Shown here in pieces: positions 6,801 to 10,284 of a DNA stretch of 10,284 nt; within the stretch, counting starts at the first letter, position 1; each line of letters starts with the position of its first letter. Made by a program: the position numbers and the translations under genes. The stretch comes from an uncultured archaeon (GTDB lineage: Archaea; Thermoplasmatota; Penumbrarchaeia; JASLWR01), in contig CAYSHM010000011.1 of assembly GCA_964430885.1 (NCBI GenBank), forward strand, positions 85,384 through 95,667. Reading direction: 5' to 3'. The notes beneath the pieces are model-generated. The model was not told the DNA's origin, did not search any database, and worked only from the letters and a program-made list of their open reading frames with translations.

Positions 6801-8743
6801 CCATGGAAGAAGGCATTATCGCTGACACAGCAGATGTGATACTTGAAGCTACCAATGGATTTTTATCTTCTGGGGGCAACGCCATGATAACCGCCGAAGC
6901 TCTATATGCTAACTTGAATGACGGGTATTCCGGCAACGATCCTTTTATCCTGAGCATACGAAGTCAAAGCGCTTATGAGGGCGGGCATATTCCTGGAGCG
7001 GTCAATATTCCGTATTCCAGTGTTTTCACTGAGGAGAACATTTCCGCCCTGCCGACAGATAAACCGATCGTGGTCTACTGCTTCACTGGCCATACTGCAA
7101 GTCAGGCCACAGCTATGCTCAACGTTCTTGGTTTCGATGCAGTATGCCTGAAGTGGGGAATGTGCTCCTGGACGACTAACACCACAGTTGCTCCTTCCTG
7201 CTATGATCCAAATACAGTAGAGGATAGGCAGGTTATTTCAGGCTCCGAACCGGGTACATGGACACGCACTAGACAATGCGGGGGCGAGATTGGAGAGGGT
7301 GGGACAGTAGAAGCAGTTTCAGGATCTGTTTTCGACATAACAAGGGCTGCATGTAATAACTATATGGCGGAGGGCAAACCTCCTGCCAAATCCGCAGCGG
7401 ACATCGAGTCTCTTCTGGATGACGGAGATCCCGGAAACGATCCCTTTGTGCTCAGTATTCGTTCCTCTGCCCAGTATGCTATTGGACATATTCCTGGAGC
7501 AATAAATATTGGCATGTCCGATCTATTTACTGAGGAAAATATGGCCTTGCTGCCGGACGATGATACATTGATAGTAGTGGTGTGTTATACTGGACATACA
7601 GCCAGCCAGGCCACGGCGCTTCTCAACATCAACGGATATAATGCCACTGCACTGAAATGGGGAATGACGGGCTGGACCACGAATTCAACAGTGGCTCCTT
7701 CCGCTTACCAGAGAGGCAGCGCATGCCATAATTATCCTGTTATGGTCGGTTCCGAAGCTGGATATCTGGATGGAGCCGAACTCGTGGCTCCGACAGATGA
7801 GGAGATAATCCTTGAGGCGTCAAGCACGTATCTGGAGGGCGGTGCCAAGTTCATCACGGCTGATAGTCTTTATTCCAACCTAGATGACGGCAATAGCTCC
7901 AACGATCCCTTTATCCTAAGCATTAGGAATTCTGCTGATTATGTATTGGGCCATATACCCGGAGCGGTCAACATACCCTGGAAAAGCTTATTCTCAGTGG
8001 GGAATCTCTCACTTCTGCCCCAGAACGACACACAGGTGGTTGTAGTTTGCTATACTGGTCAGACTGCAAGCCAGATCACCGCACTTCTTAATGTGCTGGG
8101 ATTCAATGCATCCGCCCTTAAACACGGTATGTGTTCCTGGACCACCAATACTACTGTGGCACCCAGTTGCTTCAATAACACAACTCACCAGAACTCCTAT
8201 CCCACAGTAGAGGGGAATACTAGGGACGGCTGTGGAGGCGAAGGAGGTTCCGGCGGAACCTATGAGGGCAGTGCAGATGAATGGGAGATGCTGAGGCAGA
8301 GCTGCGAGCGGTATGTGAACGAAGTGGATACGATGTATATTACTGCCGAGGCTTTGTATGCCAACCTCAACGACGGTTACGGCAATAATGACCCATATAT
8401 CATCAGTATTCGAGGTTCAGCAGATTATCAGGTTGGGCATATAGAGGGCGCTGTCAACATACCGGCTGGAAGCATATTTTCGGAAGAGTTTCTATCGGAT
8501 CTCCCCATGGATAGGCCGATAGTTGTCTACTGCTATACTGGTCAGGGGGCGTGTCACGTTGCGGCTCTCCTGAACCTCAACGGCTACGACGCCCTGTCCC
8601 TGAAATGGGGAATGTGTTCTTGGACCGACAACTCCACAGTGAACATGAACAAGTGCTATGACTCAGCTACCTCTGGACATAATTACCCCGTTTACGTTGG
8701 CGGGGAGGTTGGAACTTGGGAAGAAGGTGTTGAGGTAGCCTGA
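3809..8743 (+). CDS. Large membrane-anchored or secreted multi-rhodanese (sulfurtransferase) protein with 10 tandem domains
   Basis: N-terminal charged residues plus a hydrophobic helix (IITVVCVIALIASVILFSF). Then ten copies of NDP-F/Y-x-LS/IS-I/V-R ... GHI(P/E)GAxNI ... C(Y/F)TG(H/Q)xA ... LKxGMxxW, which correspond to the rhodanese GHIPGA, active-site-loop and LxGGxxxW motifs. Catalytic Cys codons are at 4178, 4679, 5147, 5657, 6116, 6620, 7079, 7583, 8048 and 8531. GGGGTGA at 3796-3802 precedes the ATG. Confidence 0.93.
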   Translation: MTKEDKIITVVCVIALIASVILFSFIDTEGDGNKKADITEAEGMLGATRSFLSSGKNTMVTAEALYANLNDGYSGNDPFILSVRGEEEYAKGHIPGAVNIPWRSVFTEDNISKLPKNKEIVVYCYTGHTASQITALLNMDGYDAVCLKWGMCSWTTNASVTKDMYYTPPSVGYKTISGSQPGVWSGTRCGGDEPAPAAVGEDISGTEDVDLRGDIHNYLASGKSPAISAGVLYDNLNDGDSSNDPFILSIRSAAQYEIGHIPGAVNIGFKSLFTDDNISKLPEDKQIVVVCYTGHTASQATALLNVNGYDAIALKFGMTGWSSNSTVAPSAFVKATAAHNYEISLGNETGDMETAVIADTSEVILTATQDFLKAGKSTMITAEALYNNLNDNYAGNDPFVLSIRSPEQYAIGHIPGAVNIPYRSVFTDENISMLSEQTGNKDVVVVCYTGHTASQVTAMLNVLGFNAQCLKWGMCSWTTNTTVAPSHYTAPTNDYPVAAGPSPGSWPASGTRQCGGDDTEGGGVEEDALAGSVFDIVRPACNNYLAEGKAPATSASSLNEVLNDGNDTNDPYLLSIRSSSQYDIGHIPGAVNIGFTSLFDEDKLSMLPTDRQIIVICYTGHTASQATALLNINGYDAIALKWGMTGWTSDAVVAPSAYNRDTAAMNYPVVMGDLPGGMDEGIIADPDAQVIDATNAFLSAGKGTMITAEALYSNLNDGYSGNDPFILSVRSEEQYAKGHIPGAANIPWTKVFTEENISKLPMNKDIIVYCYTGHTASQVTAMLNVMGYDALCLKWGMCSWTSDTAIAPSCYQPPAMDYPVASGDDPGAWTRTRQCGGETGDGSGGTEMVGGTSTEVIRKTCNNYLMEGKPPAVSASSLYERLEDNDTGNDPFVLSIRSSAQYSLGHIPGAVNIGMSGLFEKENLSKLPADDQQIVVVCYTGHTASQATALLNINGYNATALKWGMTGWTSNATVAPSAYDRASACFNYPVVIGENAGTMEEGIIADTADVILEATNGFLSSGGNAMITAEALYANLNDGYSGNDPFILSIRSQSAYEGGHIPGAVNIPYSSVFTEENISALPTDKPIVVYCFTGHTASQATAMLNVLGFDAVCLKWGMCSWTTNTTVAPSCYDPNTVEDRQVISGSEPGTWTRTRQCGGEIGEGGTVEAVSGSVFDITRAACNNYMAEGKPPAKSAADIESLLDDGDPGNDPFVLSIRSSAQYAIGHIPGAINIGMSDLFTEENMALLPDDDTLIVVVCYTGHTASQATALLNINGYNATALKWGMTGWTTNSTVAPSAYQRGSACHNYPVMVGSEAGYLDGAELVAPTDEEIILEASSTYLEGGAKFITADSLYSNLDDGNSSNDPFILSIRNSADYVLGHIPGAVNIPWKSLFSVGNLSLLPQNDTQVVVVCYTGQTASQITALLNVLGFNASALKHGMCSWTTNTTVAPSCFNNTTHQNSYPTVEGNTRDGCGGEGGSGGTYEGSADEWEMLRQSCERYVNEVDTMYITAEALYANLNDGYGNNDPYIISIRGSADYQVGHIEGAVNIPAGSIFSEEFLSDLPMDRPIVVYCYTGQGACHVAALLNLNGYDALSLKWGMCSWTDNSTVNMNKCYDSATSGHNYPVYVGGEVGTWEEGVEVA
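3938..8740 (+). repeat. Intragenic tandem repeat: five two-domain units with a period of about 950-980 nt
   Basis: Spacings between successive catalytic Cys codons alternate: 501, 468, 510, 459, 504, 459, 504, 465, 483 nt. One exact DNA match is CTGAAATGGGGTATGACTGGCTGGAC at 5726-5751 and 6689-6714, 963 nt apart. Boundaries are approximate. Confidence 0.9.
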
Positions 8744-8757
8744 ACCAAACCAAATAT

Positions 8758-8783
8758 GGGGGTTTAAACCGCCCCCTTTTTTT
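8758..8783 (+). terminator. Probable transcription terminator (GC stem-loop followed by T7)
   Basis: GGGGG(8758-62)-TTTAAACCG-CCCCC(8772-76)-TTTTTTT(8777-83), starting 15 nt after the stop codon of the multi-rhodanese gene. Confidence 0.7.
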
Positions 8784-8939
8784 ATATTATTATTAAATAT
8801 CCATACCTTGCCTGCTCATATCTCTTCTTTTAACCTATTTATTAATGTGGTTTAGATAAATAGGGAAGAAGAAATATCATCAAATCCACAATTATCATTG
8901 TTTCTAATATCCACCCTAAATTGCGGTTCGGTAATAAAA

Positions 8940-9932
8940 ATGGGACGGAATCGGAGTATTGATCAGTTCAGAGGCGTCGCCATTGTTTCAATGGTATTCT
9001 TCACAATGACCCTTAAGCTCAGTTCAGATCTGCCCGAACTACTTAAGCACAATGTCCCTGGCTCAGTCCATGTAGGGGATTTTGTCCTACCTATGTTTTT
9101 GTTTGCCAGTGGATTATCATTGGCGTACTACTTTGAGAATAATTTATCGAGAGGATCTCTTTGCAGCAGCAGTGCTCTTAAGGATATTATTGGACGTTTT
9201 ATCAAATTGGCATTTATTGGACTATCACTATCTTATTTCTCTGCATACCGACTCCTTGAAATGGACGAGGTCATGTTAAGCGCCATTTGTTTCTTGGCAT
9301 GTATATTCCTGTCTAGATTTAAATGGAAATTTGGTTTATTAATTATAATTCTTATCAACCTTTCTTATCTATTGCTCATCAAATTTGATCACACCTATAT
9401 TTTTTCACAACACTATCTTGGAGGATATCTATCAGTCCCCTATTATCTGCCGATTATGTTAAGCGGTTTTTTTGTAGGTCAGGATATGATCCTCAGAAGT
9501 GAAATGAATCATCTGACAGCTTCAACGAATAATGCCTCTGAAAACCCCATATCTGCAAATAATCTTTTATTAATGGTAGGAGTTATGGTTCTTTTTCTTC
9601 TATCCATGCTATTTGCCCAATTGGACAAGTTAACGGCTTCACCTTCATTTATGATGCTATCGATTTTGGTTTCTTTCTTTCTGTATATCGCATTTATTAA
9701 ATTCAAACTAAGTAATCCCATCGCTGCGCAGATAGAGTATATTGGTAAAAATCCCCTCCGTTTTTGGGTAATGATGTACGTGCTGCTGATCATCCCTGGA
9801 ATTATATATGTCAAAACTAAAGATGGCTCTTTCCCTCTTGAAATACCGTGGCTTGCAGGAATTACTATCAGCTCGGCAGCTATTTTTTTATTATGGAGTA
9901 TGTCAAAATTGGTCGATAGACTGAAGGATTAA
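8940..9932 (+). CDS. HGSNAT-like (heparan-alpha-glucosaminide N-acetyltransferase / DUF1624-type) multi-pass membrane acyltransferase
   Basis: N-terminal RNRSIDQFRG (RxxSxDxxRG motif), then LKHNVPGSVHVGDFVLPMFLFASGLS, which matches the H..G...D.V.P.FLF..G.S motif, followed by many hydrophobic segments. The ATG at 8940 is preferred over the TTG at 8898 because the family motif begins right after it. Confidence 0.75.
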   Translation: MGRNRSIDQFRGVAIVSMVFFTMTLKLSSDLPELLKHNVPGSVHVGDFVLPMFLFASGLSLAYYFENNLSRGSLCSSSALKDIIGRFIKLAFIGLSLSYFSAYRLLEMDEVMLSAICFLACIFLSRFKWKFGLLIIILINLSYLLLIKFDHTYIFSQHYLGGYLSVPYYLPIMLSGFFVGQDMILRSEMNHLTASTNNASENPISANNLLLMVGVMVLFLLSMLFAQLDKLTASPSFMMLSILVSFFLYIAFIKFKLSNPIAAQIEYIGKNPLRFWVMMYVLLIIPGIIYVKTKDGSFPLEIPWLAGITISSAAIFLLWSMSKLVDRLKD

Positions 9933-10222
9933 TTGCTTCCATGCAAAAAGGTGGTATAGGAAAAGATTGTTCCATTTTATTTGAAAAACTGGATTCAATA
10001 AATCAGCATGTATGAAGGCCACAAATACTAAAACCGAATATACTCGGGATAATTATTATATAACAAATTTGAGTTTACATGAACCCCGCTCTAACTAGGT
10101 TATGGCCGGGATGCGATACTAGAAGAAGATCGAATTGGATATTGACTTAAAACACTTATTTTTACGGGAATGAATTTGACAAAATATTGACCTATACACA
10201 AACTGAACAGTAGGGATAGACC

Positions 10223-10284
10223 ATGAAAGTAATAGGAAAGAATGATTTCGGGGCTTTTATCGACAAGTTGATAGAAGAAGGGGA
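10223..10284 (+). CDS. 3'-truncated CDS start (MKVIGKNDFGAFIDKLIEEG...), tentatively an AsrA/HydB-like 4Fe-4S subunit
   Basis: ATG preceded by a purine-rich AGTAGGGATAGACC, with the frame open to the window end. The product guess rests on only 20 residues resembling the amphipathic N-terminal helix of sulfhydrogenase-beta/AsrA-like proteins. Confidence 0.4.
   Translation, partial: MKVIGKNDFGAFIDKLIEEG

Noticed and set aside
3938-8740. Repeat array as an assembly artefact, CRISPR array or mobile element
   Set aside because: The copies differ widely at synonymous and linker positions, stay in one reading frame, and show no short repeat-spacer structure or transposase.
3809-8743. Selenocysteine in rhodanese active sites
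   Set aside because: All ten catalytic codons are TGC or TGT.
778-9814. Short minus-strand and alternate-frame ORFs in the track (e.g. 778-981, 1713-2000, 2642-3133, 3299-3697, 5806-6099, 6769-6957, 9509-9814)
   Set aside because: They overlap well-supported + strand genes and have no recognisable motifs. The similarity between some of them simply mirrors the rhodanese repeats on the antisense strand.
10052-10070. TTATATAA palindrome in the last intergenic region
   Set aside because: It could be a TATA box, but it is short, lies in AT-rich DNA and is far from the ATG, so it cannot be supported as a specific site.
10139-10191. Three TTGAC words (ATATTGAC twice) upstream of the last CDS as bacterial -35 boxes or an operator
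   Set aside because: No convincing -10 element at 16-18 nt spacing, irregular spacing between the words, and an AT-rich context that makes chance occurrence plausible.

Overview
This window holds a co-directional (+ strand) sulfur-trafficking gene cluster, probably from an archaeon (inferred from GGTGA-type ribosome-binding sites and dense N-glycosylation sequons). In order: (1) a 5'-truncated CoA-disulfide/persulfide reductase fused to rhodanese, TusA and DsrE-like domains; (2) a stand-alone TusA/YedF sulfur carrier; (3) a YeeE/YedE-family membrane transporter with an acidic, repeat-containing N-terminal tail; (4) a 1644-aa N-terminally anchored or secreted protein made of ten tandem rhodanese domains. 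All ten domains keep the catalytic Cys. They form alternating A/B pairs joined by Cys-Gly-Gly linkers. A hairpin plus T-tract closes the cluster. An HGSNAT/DUF1624-like membrane acyltransferase follows, and another CDS begins at the window edge. The most notable inference is an outside-to-inside persulfide relay: surface deca-rhodanese, then YedE-type channel, then TusA/DsrE/rhodanese, then NAD(P)H:CoA-persulfide reductase. Family assignments rest on motif recognition by eye; no searches were run.
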